Assembly: GCA_000092065.1 (NCBI GenBank)
Contig: CP000594.1
Origin: Ostreococcus lucimarinus
Taxonomy: Eukaryota
DNA: 64,000 bases
Strand: one strand, 5' to 3'
Below the pieces are notes generated by a model. It did not search any database and had not been told where the DNA came from. It saw nothing but the letters and a program-made list of their open reading frames with translations. Shown here in pieces: positions 1 to 8,451 of this stretch. The position numbers and the translations under genes are program-made. The stretch's first letter is position 1. Each line of letters opens with the position of its first letter.

Positions 1-418
1 CTCGCATCGCCTCCGCGTGCGTCCCGCGATAATACGACAGTCCTCCTCCACCGTACCGTCGTCGCAGTTCGCGATCGAGCGCGTCCAGCGCTTCGACCAA
101 CCACGCCCTTCGCGCGCCTCTCGTCGTCTCGCCGTCTCGCGTCTCGTCCCACGCGAACACGCACGCCGTCTCGCCGCCGCGCCGTCGCGCCGTCTCCACC
201 GCGGCGAGCAGCGCGGCGTTATCGCTCACGCGCAGGTCGTGGTCTCGGAACCACGCGACGGCGCCGCGACGCGCGTCGTCGGCGTCGCGCTGACGATTTG
301 TGTCGCCCTCGACGTCACGCGTCGCGCGCGGCGCGAACCGTCGTGCGGCGCGCGTCGCGGGCGAGGACGCGCGCGCGGCGATCGGCGTCGCCGAGCTCGC
401 GCGCGCGCCGAGGCGCAT
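1..418 (-). CDS. DNA photolyase/cryptochrome family protein (possibly CRY-DASH-like), 5' part only; the gene continues past the left window edge
   Basis: Minus-strand frame from ATG at 418..416 reads MRLGARASSATPIAARASS...AVAWFRDHDLRVSDNAALLAAVETARRRGGETACVFAWDE...AWLVEALDALDRELRRRYGG. The VWFRxDLRxxDNxAL motif is the photolyase N-terminal alpha/beta domain signature. The Ala/Arg/Ser-rich N-terminus looks like an organellar presequence. This ORF is not in the supplied track because it runs off the window. Confidence 0.5.
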   Translation of the reverse strand, partial: MRLGARASSATPIAARASSPATRAARRFAPRATRDVEGDTNRQRDADDARRGAVAWFRDHDLRVSDNAALLAAVETARRRGGETACVFAWDETRDGETTRGARRAWLVEALDALDRELRRRYGGGGLSYYRGTHAEAMR

Positions 419-492
419 CGCGCGCGCGACGCGACGCGACGCGACGAGCGACGACGAATGGCGACGACGAACGGCGTCTCGTCTGGATTCGA

Positions 493-1398
493 TTAAATGT
501 TGAGCGCGTGCGCGACGGATCCCGCGAGCTTCAAAACGACGAAAGGCGCGACGCCGCTGCACGCGCTGACGGTCTGCGGACACGAATCGGTGATCCAAAA
601 GTTGGCGAACCCGGCGGACGGGTCGGTGAAACGACGCCAAGACTCGTTGGGAAAGACGCCGTGGGTGACGTAGGCGCTCACCGCGGAGGCGCCCTCGCGG
701 CGAAGAACCTTGGCGCACTCGATGAGGGTGCCGCCGGATTGCACGAGATCGTCCACGATGACGATGTGCTTACCCGTGGGTTTGCCCTCCTTGATCGTGA
801 CGATGCGCTTGTCGCCCTCGCGAACCTTGGTGCAGACGACCTCGTCGTACTTGGCGAAAAAGTTGTGAAAGCGCTTGCACGCGCCCTCGTCGGGGTAGGC
901 GATGACGACGTCCGCGGCGTCTTCTAAACTTGCTAATCGCTCCAACAAAAGCGGAATTCCCGATGCGAACAGCGGAGTGACGGAGTCACCGAAATAAAAT
1001 CGCTCCTGAAGCGCGTGAATGTCGAACACGATCATATCCGTCGGCCCGCCTCGCGAGTGCGGAATCGAGCTCAACATTCTCGCCATCGTCACCGCGGTGG
1101 GGATTTCTCCTTCCTTATCCACCCGTTCGAACGTACCGGTGGGGAAAAACGGTAAGATCAATCTGAACGACGCGACGAACATCTTGGGAAGGGAGTATAT
1201 CACGCTAAGCTGTTGGAAAATCACAGACGCGTTGTGAAACGACGCCAAAAACGCCACGTGCCGCCCGTGCAGCTGTTCCGCGTCGTTCACGAAAATGTTC
1301 GGGAAACCATCCGCGAACGTGCGCCACTGAATCTCACCCAACTCAATGTTTCCGTCGATCGCCGCGATCTCTCTCGCCATTTGTTCCATCTGTTCCAT
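493..1398 (-). CDS. Ribose-phosphate pyrophosphokinase, class II (plant PRS4-like PRPP synthetase)
   Basis: A 301-aa ORF aligns over its whole length with the plant PRS4 family: [71 protein letters not shown] and the PRPP-binding loop [16 protein letters not shown] at 1398; an upstream N-terminal exon cannot be excluded. Confidence 0.75.
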   Translation of the reverse strand: MEQMEQMAREIAAIDGNIELGEIQWRTFADGFPNIFVNDAEQLHGRHVAFLASFHNASVIFQQLSVIYSLPKMFVASFRLILPFFPTGTFERVDKEGEIPTAVTMARMLSSIPHSRGGPTDMIVFDIHALQERFYFGDSVTPLFASGIPLLLERLASLEDAADVVIAYPDEGACKRFHNFFAKYDEVVCTKVREGDKRIVTIKEGKPTGKHIVIVDDLVQSGGTLIECAKVLRREGASAVSAYVTHGVFPNESWRRFTDPSAGFANFWITDSCPQTVSACSGVAPFVVLKLAGSVAHALNI

Positions 1399-1848
1399 TC
1401 GTCCGGCGCGTCGTCGTCAGTCGCCGCGTTTGAATTCGACGTCGTCGCGCGTTCGCCCTCGCTCTCGCTTCGCTTCGCGCCGTCGCGCTCGCCGCGCTCG
1501 CGCTCGCACCTCGGTGCAATAAAACAACATCAGCGGCATGGACGACCGCGTCAGGCGCTGGCTCGTCGCTCGGCCGAGCGCGTTCGCGTCGGCGGACATT
1601 TCTTCGCGTTCGCGACGGCGCGTTCGCGACGGCGCGTTCGCGTCGCGGACGGGCGCGCGCCGCGAACCGCGCGCCGCGATCCGCGCGCGCGCTCTTTCGT
1701 CCGCGCGACGGCGCGAATTCCGGCGCACCGAGACGACGCGCGCGAGTGTGCGGCGCTCGGCGCGTCTCGACCGGGACGCCGCGCCGCGCCGCGCCGCTCG
1801 ACTACCGACTACGACTACCATTACAACCCATGCGCGCGCCGCGTCGCG

Positions 1849-2496
1849 CTACATCGCGCGCCCGACGAACGTCGAGCGAGGATACGCCGCGTGCGCGCGC
1901 TCCCACATCACGCACACCCGATCGACGCACCTCAGATGATAAAAAATCTTCCCCGTCAGGCTGAGCGTTCGCGCGCGACACGCGCTCTCCACGAACACCG
2001 TCGCCGGCGTTCGCCACCCCAGCGCGCGTCGCGCCATCGCCGCCAGCACGATCGGCACGCACGTCCCCGGTCCGTTACAAATCACCACGTCCGGTTTCAC
2101 GCGCGCGACGATCGCGATCGCCGCCGCGCACGCGCGCGCCGTCGTCGCCGCGCTCGTCGTCCATCGCTGGCCCACCTCTCGCGCGCGTCCGATCGTCAGC
2201 ACGCGCGCCTCGCCGCGAGCGCCGCGTCGCGAGCGCTCGAACGTGAGCGCTCTGTCGGCGCTCCGCGCGTCCGTGCTCGCGACGACGTACGCCGCGACGT
2301 CCAGTCGGTCGAGCGTTCGCGCGTCGCGCAGGATGCGCAGCATCTCCGCCGTGTGTCCGCCGCTGCCGAGCACGACGAGCGCCCGCGCGCGCCGGCCGCG
2401 GAGCGCCGACTTGTCGAACGCGCGCGTCGCGGCGCGCGCGATCCACAGCGCGACGTTGGCGAGCGCGAGGAGCGCGAGGAGCGAACGCGGTGGCAT
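1849..2496 (-). CDS. ALG14: UDP-GlcNAc transferase subunit ALG14 (N-glycan biosynthesis)
   Basis: 215 aa, the expected size. N-terminal membrane anchor, then the ALG14 signature LVVLGSGGHTAEM and NGPGTCVP, and the VFVES C-terminal region. ATG at 2496. Confidence 0.8.
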   Translation of the reverse strand: MPPRSLLALLALANVALWIARAATRAFDKSALRGRRARALVVLGSGGHTAEMLRILRDARTLDRLDVAAYVVASTDARSADRALTFERSRRGARGEARVLTIGRAREVGQRWTTSAATTARACAAAIAIVARVKPDVVICNGPGTCVPIVLAAMARRALGWRTPATVFVESACRARTLSLTGKIFYHLRCVDRVCVMWERAHAAYPRSTFVGRAM

Positions 2497-2545
2497 GGCG
2501 AGGCGAACACTGCGGTCAAAACGCGACTCGCGCGCGCGCGGCGCG

Positions 2546-3553
2546 ATGTCGCGGCGCGCGGCGACGGCGGTGACGCGCGCGGTGACGCTCGCGTCGCTGG
2601 TCGCGCGCGCGCGCGCGCACGGCGCGCGCGGCGGCGACGAGGGCGACGCGCGGGCGGCGGGGGCGTGGACGGTCGGGGACGCCGCGCGCGCGACGCTGGC
2701 GTCCGCGTGCGTGTCGCTCGCGTCCCTGGTCGGGTGCGCGCTGATGGCGATCGGCGCGCGCGCGGACGCGCTCGCGTGGCTGAGCGACGCGGCGATCGGG
2801 GCGATGCTCGGGGACGCGCTCGGGTGTCAACTGCCGTCGGCGCTCGAGGCGGCGACGCGAGCGCGAGGACGCGACGGCGCGGGCGTCGCGGCGTGCGCGA
2901 CGACGTGCGGCGTGCTGGCGTTTCATCAGTTGGAGGTGATCGTGCGCGCGGTGAAGGCGCGAAACGATGGGAAAGTGGGGACGACGCGGCGGCGTCGAAC
3001 GCCGAGCGAAAGCCGAAGCCGAAGCCGAAGCCGAGGCGCGAGTGGTCGAGCGCGCGAGCGACGCGCGGCGGCGCGAGAGATCGCGGCGAGCGGATGGCTC
3101 AATCTGTTCGCCGATGCCGCGCACAACTTCACCGACGGCGTCGTGATCGCGATCGCGTTCGCCCGGCGCGGCGCGACGCGCGGCTACGCCGCGGCGTGGA
3201 CGACGCTCGCGCACGAGCTTCCGCAAGAGCTCGGCGACTACGGCATCTTACGACGCTCGGGATTCACCGACGTCGAGGCGTTATGGTTCAACTTTCTCTC
3301 CGCCCTCGTCGCCGTCGGCGCGACCGCGCTCACGTTCCTCGTCCTGGCCGCGCTCGACGCCGCGAGCGCCTCCGCGTCGTCCTTCGCCCGACGTCTCGCC
3401 CTCGACGTTCCCTACCTCGTCGAGGCCTTCTGCGCCGGCGGGTTTCTCACCGTCGCCTTCACCGCCCTTCGCGAGGACGATTCGGGATCCGCGTTCGCGC
3501 GCGTTCGCGTGTTCGTCGCCGCCGTCCTCGTCGCGCGTCGCGGCGCCCACTGA
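2546..3553 (+). CDS. ZIP family (Zrt/Irt-like) divalent metal transporter
   Basis: Multi-TM protein with the ZIP signature helices: HNFTDGVVIAIAF (TM4) and HELPQELGDYGIL (TM5). The cytoplasmic variable loop here is Arg/Ser-rich (RSRSRSRG) rather than His-rich. Start taken at the ATG at 2546 (MSRRAATAV, before TM1). The ORF-track start at 2243 overlaps ALG14 on the other strand and is probably GC-rich read-through. TGA at 3551. Confidence 0.7.
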   Translation: MSRRAATAVTRAVTLASLVARARAHGARGGDEGDARAAGAWTVGDAARATLASACVSLASLVGCALMAIGARADALAWLSDAAIGAMLGDALGCQLPSALEAATRARGRDGAGVAACATTCGVLAFHQLEVIVRAVKARNDGKVGTTRRRRTPSESRSRSRSRGASGRARERRAAAREIAASGWLNLFADAAHNFTDGVVIAIAFARRGATRGYAAAWTTLAHELPQELGDYGILRRSGFTDVEALWFNFLSALVAVGATALTFLVLAALDAASASASSFARRLALDVPYLVEAFCAGGFLTVAFTALREDDSGSAFARVRVFVAAVLVARRGAH

Positions 3554-3593
3554 TGCATAAGTAACCCGAGCCCGACTGCGCGCGCCCCCCCTC

Positions 3594-5306
3594 GTGTCCG
3601 CCCCCCCTGCGATTTCCAATATTTCATATTCAACGACCCAAATGACCCAATTAACAAAAAACATGACACACACACACACACACGACGGTTCAGGACTCGT
3701 CGCGATTCAGGCGCCGTCGAGGGGCGCCGGCCGGTCTCCGCGCGCGGTCGTCGCGCCGACGCATCTCGCGACGCGATCGCGCGCGCGACGCGAGGACGAC
3801 GACGCGCGGGAGGCGCGCGAAGCGACCGCCGCGGACGCGCGACGACGCGCGGCGCGATCGACGACGGAGACGCGCGATCGGGCGCGACGCGGCGCGGCGC
3901 GGCGACGGGACGAGGTTCGAATTAATTCCGCGGCGTCATCTCGAGACGCGCGCGGCGAATCGAGGAAGCGCGCGGGGACGCGAGGCGGGCGGTTCGAGGC
4001 GCGAGAGGAGATGTCGCAGGCGGGGACGTCGACGAAGGCGGGACGAGGCGCGGATGGGCGCGAGAGGTTCGTCGTCATTCGCGCGATGGGGCTGAGCGTG
4101 GACGGGAAGGTGGAGGCGGTGGTGGAGAGCGAGGCGTTTCCGACGCTCGAGGCGGCGATCGGGCACAGCGAGTACTTGGCGCAGACGGTGAGAGCGCGCG
4201 GGGGGGTTCGGGGGAACGTGGGACGAAACGGGGGGAAGAAAGGGATGAAGGCGTCGCGAACGACGATTTGCGAGTTGCCGGTGGACACGCAGGTGTGGCA
4301 CGTGACGCCGACGAATATTCCCGGGCCGGCGTATCGAAACGAGGGGCAGCTCATGGTGATGCTGCTGTCGAGTCTGTGCGGACGCGTGGTGTCGAAATCG
4401 CGCAATGGGGTGTTGGATGAGTCGGAGTTCGCGTACAACAACGGCCACGGCGTGCGGTCGGCTCGCAACGGGGGCGACGCGGAGGCGCCACAAATTGCGG
4501 ACGGCATTCCTTACGTCAAAGCAAAGATTTTCGGCCAGAAAACGGCTGACCCATTCATGTTGCGCCCTAACATCTCCAAGGCTGCGTTCAGAACGCTCCT
4601 CCTGCGCGCGGTGGGTAAGTACCTGGCCGACGATCGCGAGCCGTACCCGGTGCTGGCGAAATCAGACGTGCAGCTTCAAGTCGCGCAAGTGGCTCACGGA
4701 GTCCAATACCACGTTCTCGCGATTCGTGCGCTTGGACATTCCGCCGCGGACTTTTCGATGTCCATCGATGATCAAGGTCGAACCTTTGTGCGCGCCGATC
4801 CGGCGCAACCGCCAAACTCGAACCCGAAGTTGGGGCGGCCGTTCGAGCTGTTGTGTCAGTTCCCTTCCCTCGTGCACTTGCAAACGTGCCGCTGCATTTA
4901 TCAAGACGACGTACTGTACATCATTGTGTATCCTCGTAACGCCAAGTCGCGATCACTTCGTTTGTCTTCAGCAGAAATTAGAAACACGTCTTTGCCGGAA
5001 AGCATTCGAAACACCGCGACGGGCGCCGGCGTGGAAAAGGCCAACGGACCTTCGTTTCCGCGCGAAGTAGGGATCGAGGATGGAACAAATAGCGCTAGAC
5101 CGGGCGATGAGATTGCCTTGGCTACCCTTGGTGGCGCTTTTGGGAAGAACGAAGATGACTCTGACTCCGACAACACGGATGACTTCTCGAACGACGAGGC
5201 AGAGGAGCCACGTGCCAAGACTGCGGCGCCCGAGGTTGATGAGAAGACGATAGATTTACCAGACGAGGATGTCGACAGCGAGGTGGAAGAGCCGATGCCC
5301 GAATAG
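3594..5306 (+). CDS. Hypothetical protein with a strongly acidic C-terminal tail; a more likely start is the ATG near 4011
   Basis: Long ORF whose 3' two-thirds (about 4500-5300) is noticeably lower in GC than the flanks and has protein-like composition (FVVIRAMGLSVDGKVEAV..., IPYVKAKIFGQKTADPF..., C-terminal DDSDSDNTDDFSNDEAEEP...DEDVDSEVEEPMPE). No family recognised. TAG stop at 5304. Confidence 0.4.
   Translation: MSAPPAISNISYSTTQMTQLTKNMTHTHTHDGSGLVAIQAPSRGAGRSPRAVVAPTHLATRSRARREDDDAREAREATAADARRRAARSTTETRDRARRGAARRRDEVRINSAASSRDARGESRKRAGTRGGRFEAREEMSQAGTSTKAGRGADGRERFVVIRAMGLSVDGKVEAVVESEAFPTLEAAIGHSEYLAQTVRARGGVRGNVGRNGGKKGMKASRTTICELPVDTQVWHVTPTNIPGPAYRNEGQLMVMLLSSLCGRVVSKSRNGVLDESEFAYNNGHGVRSARNGGDAEAPQIADGIPYVKAKIFGQKTADPFMLRPNISKAAFRTLLLRAVGKYLADDREPYPVLAKSDVQLQVAQVAHGVQYHVLAIRALGHSAADFSMSIDDQGRTFVRADPAQPPNSNPKLGRPFELLCQFPSLVHLQTCRCIYQDDVLYIIVYPRNAKSRSLRLSSAEIRNTSLPESIRNTATGAGVEKANGPSFPREVGIEDGTNSARPGDEIALATLGGAFGKNEDDSDSDNTDDFSNDEAEEPRAKTAAPEVDEKTIDLPDEDVDSEVEEPMPE
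3664..3681. repeat. (CA)n dinucleotide microsatellite
   Basis: acacacacacacacacac seen directly. It lies in the 5' part of the 3594 ORF, where it would encode a THTHTH stretch. Confidence 0.9.
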
Positions 5307-5414
5307 GATGATTTTACGTGATGGACTATTAATAATGCACTCAATGTGAATACACGCTGCGCTACGCTCTAATGTGATGGAATAATGATGCGTTAAATGT
5401 CAGTACACGCTGCG

Positions 5415-7161
5415 CTACCCTCTGTCCGCGTTCAAATCCCCGTCGTTCTCTATCGGTGCCACCTCGTTTTCGTCCGTCTGTAAAGCCTCGAGCACGGCCC
5501 TTCGTTCCATCTCTACGTCGTGATCGATGGTAAATGTAATGCAGGCCAAAATAACGCCACACACAAACCAAAAGGTAAACGCCACGTTGAACGCCACTCG
5601 TCTGCCCATGCTCACGATGAGCAAGGCGACCAGCGCGGGTCCACCGCCTTTACCGACGTCGTCAATTTGTGAGTAAAATGCAAACATACTTCCACGAGTT
5701 TCCGGCGGGTTGACATTCAACAAAATTGCGCGCACATTGGGCGGTGTCACCGAGCAGAAAACGCCGCCGACGAGGCACGACAGGTACAAACCGACCCTCC
5801 CCGGACCGTAGTCGTTGACGTTGAGATAGTAATACGCTGGAAGTGCTCCAATAGCGGTCGTCAGTCCCATTAAAATCGGAAGTTCGCTCTTCTTCTTATT
5901 GTACATCCTCTGACCGATGAATCCTCCCCCAATGGTGCCGAAGGCGGAGCCCAAGCCGAAGACGGTGATGGCCGCCGTGGCGTTTTGCACCGTCATACCC
6001 TTTTGCTTATGTAAAAAGTCGACAAAGTACGAATTGAACACCCCCCACGGCACCGTGCCCGGCAAGCCTTGCGCAAGCACGAGGATGTTGGTCTTCACAA
6101 GCAATTGCTTCTTGACCTTGCTCCAATTCATCTTGGCTTTATACGAAACATCTCCCGCTTCGTCGCCGCTTTCGAGCTCGTCCTCCGTCTGCGCCGTCGT
6201 TTGTTCGTCGGAATCATCCCGCTCAGCGACATTTTTCGTTGAATTCCTTCGCATCGTCATTCGATGAACTTCTTCCTCCTGAGCGCCACGCTTGGGCTCG
6301 TCGACGACGAGAACCATCACCGTTGCGAGCACGACCGCGGGCGCGGATGTGAGGATGAACGGTAGTCGCCACCCGTACGCCGGCCCTACCGTACCCGCCA
6401 CCACTTGTCCGAGCGCCACTCCCGCTCCCGTCGCGATCGTCAAAAAACTCGCCACGTAACTCCGCTCATGACTCGCAAACAAATCTCCGCACCAACGAGA
6501 ACAAACAGCGGTAAAGCATCCGCCCACCGCGATGCCCTGGTCATCGCGCCGAAGCGCAAACAACTGCCAATAACTCGGTCACCCAATACGTCGCCATGCA
6601 CGGCCCTTCACCGATCAGTGTCGTCCAAAAGAACAAACGCACTCGACGCACTCGATCGGCGTAGTACCCGATGATCAGCGACGCCGGCGAGCCGACGACG
6701 AAAAACGCCAGCTGGAGCAACCCGCCCAGCTTGACATCCTTCTCTTTTTCATCCATCCCGAACTCCTCCGCTATGGCGCTCATGTTCGGCCCGATGAGGT
6801 TTTGATCGGCGTACAGGAACAGAGAAGTGGCCGTGATCAACCCGACGACGCCGTAGCGCTTCCATCGCTCGCGTCGCGCAAGTCTACGCCGTTGAAAACT
6901 CACGGAAGATGATGTCCCCGCCGCTGGGATAGCTTCGCCTTCGCGAGGCGCTCGGGACGCGTCGGAGGACTCAGAGGGCATGAAACTTCGCGCGCGCGTT
7001 AAAAGCGATACGATGCACGAACCGCGGCGCGCGCACCGTCGCGCGCGGGCGCGCGCCGATGTACGGCTCGCGCGCGGGCTGGGACGCTCAACAACTCTTT
7101 CGGGACGAGCGCGCGCGCGGCGAAATACACAACACATCATATTTATTGCACTAAGTTTCAT
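5415..7161 (-). CDS. MFS-type transporter (paralogue A of the gene at 44768..46261). As given, the reading frame is broken near 6565-6575
   Basis: Two ORF-track pieces (6541..7161 and 5415..6563, minus) together align along the full length of the intact paralogue at 44768..46261. Shared motifs: YADQNLIGPNMSAIAEEFGM...KLGG, GIAVGG, YGWRLPF, VPWGVFNSYF, LLNVNPPETRGS. They join only if one T is removed from gagttattgg near 6570. Confidence 0.8.
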
Positions 7162-7191
7162 CGAGCGCTCGCGACCAGTCGCGCGGAATCA

Positions 7192-8037
7192 TTATTGACG
7201 ACCTCCTGAGCGCTGCAAAGCGGCGAGTTTCGCTTTAGTCGCCACGAGTTCGCGGCGGAGCGCGGCGTTTTCCTCTTCGAGCGCTCGCATCGCGCTCTCG
7301 CGCTTTTCGCGACTTCTCGCCGCGCTCTCGCGGTTACGGAACAGCCGCTCTTGCATGCGGAGCGCTTTCTCGGCTTCGGTCTCTTTCGGGGCGCCTTTCG
7401 GCTTCCGTCCCATCTTGAGCGGGGCGATGGCTTGTCGAAACGCCGGAGGCGTGGCGATGCCGCTGCGCTTCTTCAACCGCTTGGGTTCGTAGGACACGCC
7501 CGGAACGGTGGGAACTATCATCATCGACACCCGGGACGGCGCACTCCCCGTCGTTTTCGTCGTCGTCGTTTTCTTCACCGCGGTCGCCCTCCCGTTCGTC
7601 GCCCTCTTCGCCTTCGCCTTCGCCGTCTTCCCCGCCGTCACCGTCGCCGTCGTCGTCGCCGCTTCATCCCCCCCGGCGTCCGCCAGCGCCAGCGCCGTCG
7701 TCAACTGCATGAAATTCATCGTCGGCAGGCTCGGCAGGCTCGGCAGGCTCGGCTCGCGTCCCCGCGCCGTCCCGCTCGCGCCGCTCGAATTAATCTTCGC
7801 CCACACGTCTCCCATGCTCTGCCGTCCCGCCTCGTCCGGCAATCGATCGAATATTTTCGCGTCGATCGTCGACGCCTGTCGCGCCACCGCCGTCGCCACC
7901 TCGCGCATCGTCGCCGTCGCCGCGTCCGCGCCTCGTCCGAGCGCGTCCAGCGTCAGCCCGAGCGCGGGGTCGTCCGCGTGCGCGCTCAGCGTCGGGACGA
8001 GCTCGCGCGCCCATTTACGCAGCGAATCATCGCGCAT
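7192..8037 (-). CDS. bZIP transcription factor
   Basis: C-terminal basic region plus leucine zipper: KALRMQERLFRNRESAARSREKRESAMRALEEENAALRRELVATKAKLAALQ (N-x7-R basic motif, heptad Leu). Real coding probably begins at the ATG at 8037 (MRDDSLRKWAREL) or 8094. The ORF-track extension to 8487 overlaps the divergent neighbour and is GC-rich read-through. TAA at 7192. Confidence 0.7.
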   Translation of the reverse strand: MRDDSLRKWARELVPTLSAHADDPALGLTLDALGRGADAATATMREVATAVARQASTIDAKIFDRLPDEAGRQSMGDVWAKINSSGASGTARGREPSLPSLPSLPTMNFMQLTTALALADAGGDEAATTTATVTAGKTAKAKAKRATNGRATAVKKTTTTKTTGSAPSRVSMMIVPTVPGVSYEPKRLKKRSGIATPPAFRQAIAPLKMGRKPKGAPKETEAEKALRMQERLFRNRESAARSREKRESAMRALEEENAALRRELVATKAKLAALQRSGGRQ

Positions 8038-8144
8038 CACCGCGTCGTCACCGTCGTCCGTCGTCGCGTCGCGTCGCGTCGCCGCGCGCGGCATCGCGTC
8101 GCGTCGTGCCGCGTCGCCGCGCCGATCGACCGGTCGCGCGCGTC

Positions 8145-8166
8145 GATATCGCCACGTGGCGATATC
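8145..8166. promoter_or_regulatory. Perfect 22-bp palindrome GATATCGCCACGTGGCGATATC centred on a CACGTG G-box/E-box, in the bidirectional promoter between the bZIP gene and the coiled-coil gene
   Basis: Seen directly; the reverse complement is identical. It sits about 110 bp upstream of the bZIP ATG (8037) and about 285 bp upstream of the divergent gene ATG (8452). Confidence 0.4.
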
Positions 8167-8451
8167 TGGATATTCGACGAGTCCCGACCCGTCGATCGAG
8201 CCCAGATCCGATCGCGCGGGTGCCGACCGACGCCGCCGCGCGCGACGGCGACGGTTCGCGCGCGACGGTATTTTTGGACGGCGCGCGACGGCGCGCGACG
8301 GCGCGCGCGCGCAGAGCGCGGCGCGCGACGCGCGGGCGAACGCGCGCGACGGTGCCGGCGACGCGCGCGGCGACGCGCGGTCGGCGCGCGACGGCGCGCG
8401 CGAGGAAACGGACGCGCGAGGACGCGACGGTTCGTCTCGCGCGCGGACGCG

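Noticed and set aside
1213-3564. 783-aa ORF on the plus strand spanning ALG14 and ZIP
   Set aside because: Arg/Ala/Asp-rich translation of GC-rich DNA in the wrong frame. It overlaps two homology-supported genes (ALG14 on the opposite strand, ZIP in another frame) and has no recognisable domain.
5425-5460. GTTCAAATCC T-loop-like string suggesting a tRNA
   Set aside because: The flanking bases cannot form a T-stem (2 of 5 pairs). There is no acceptor or anticodon arm, and the site lies inside the MFS-A coding sequence.
7351-8451. N-terminal 367 aa of the 1163-aa ORF 7351..10842, and ORFs 7508..8716 and 8037..9182
   Set aside because: Antisense/alt-frame read-through of the bZIP gene and GC-rich spacer (poly-R/A/S composition). 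Only the portion from the ATG at 8452 has coiled-coil protein character.
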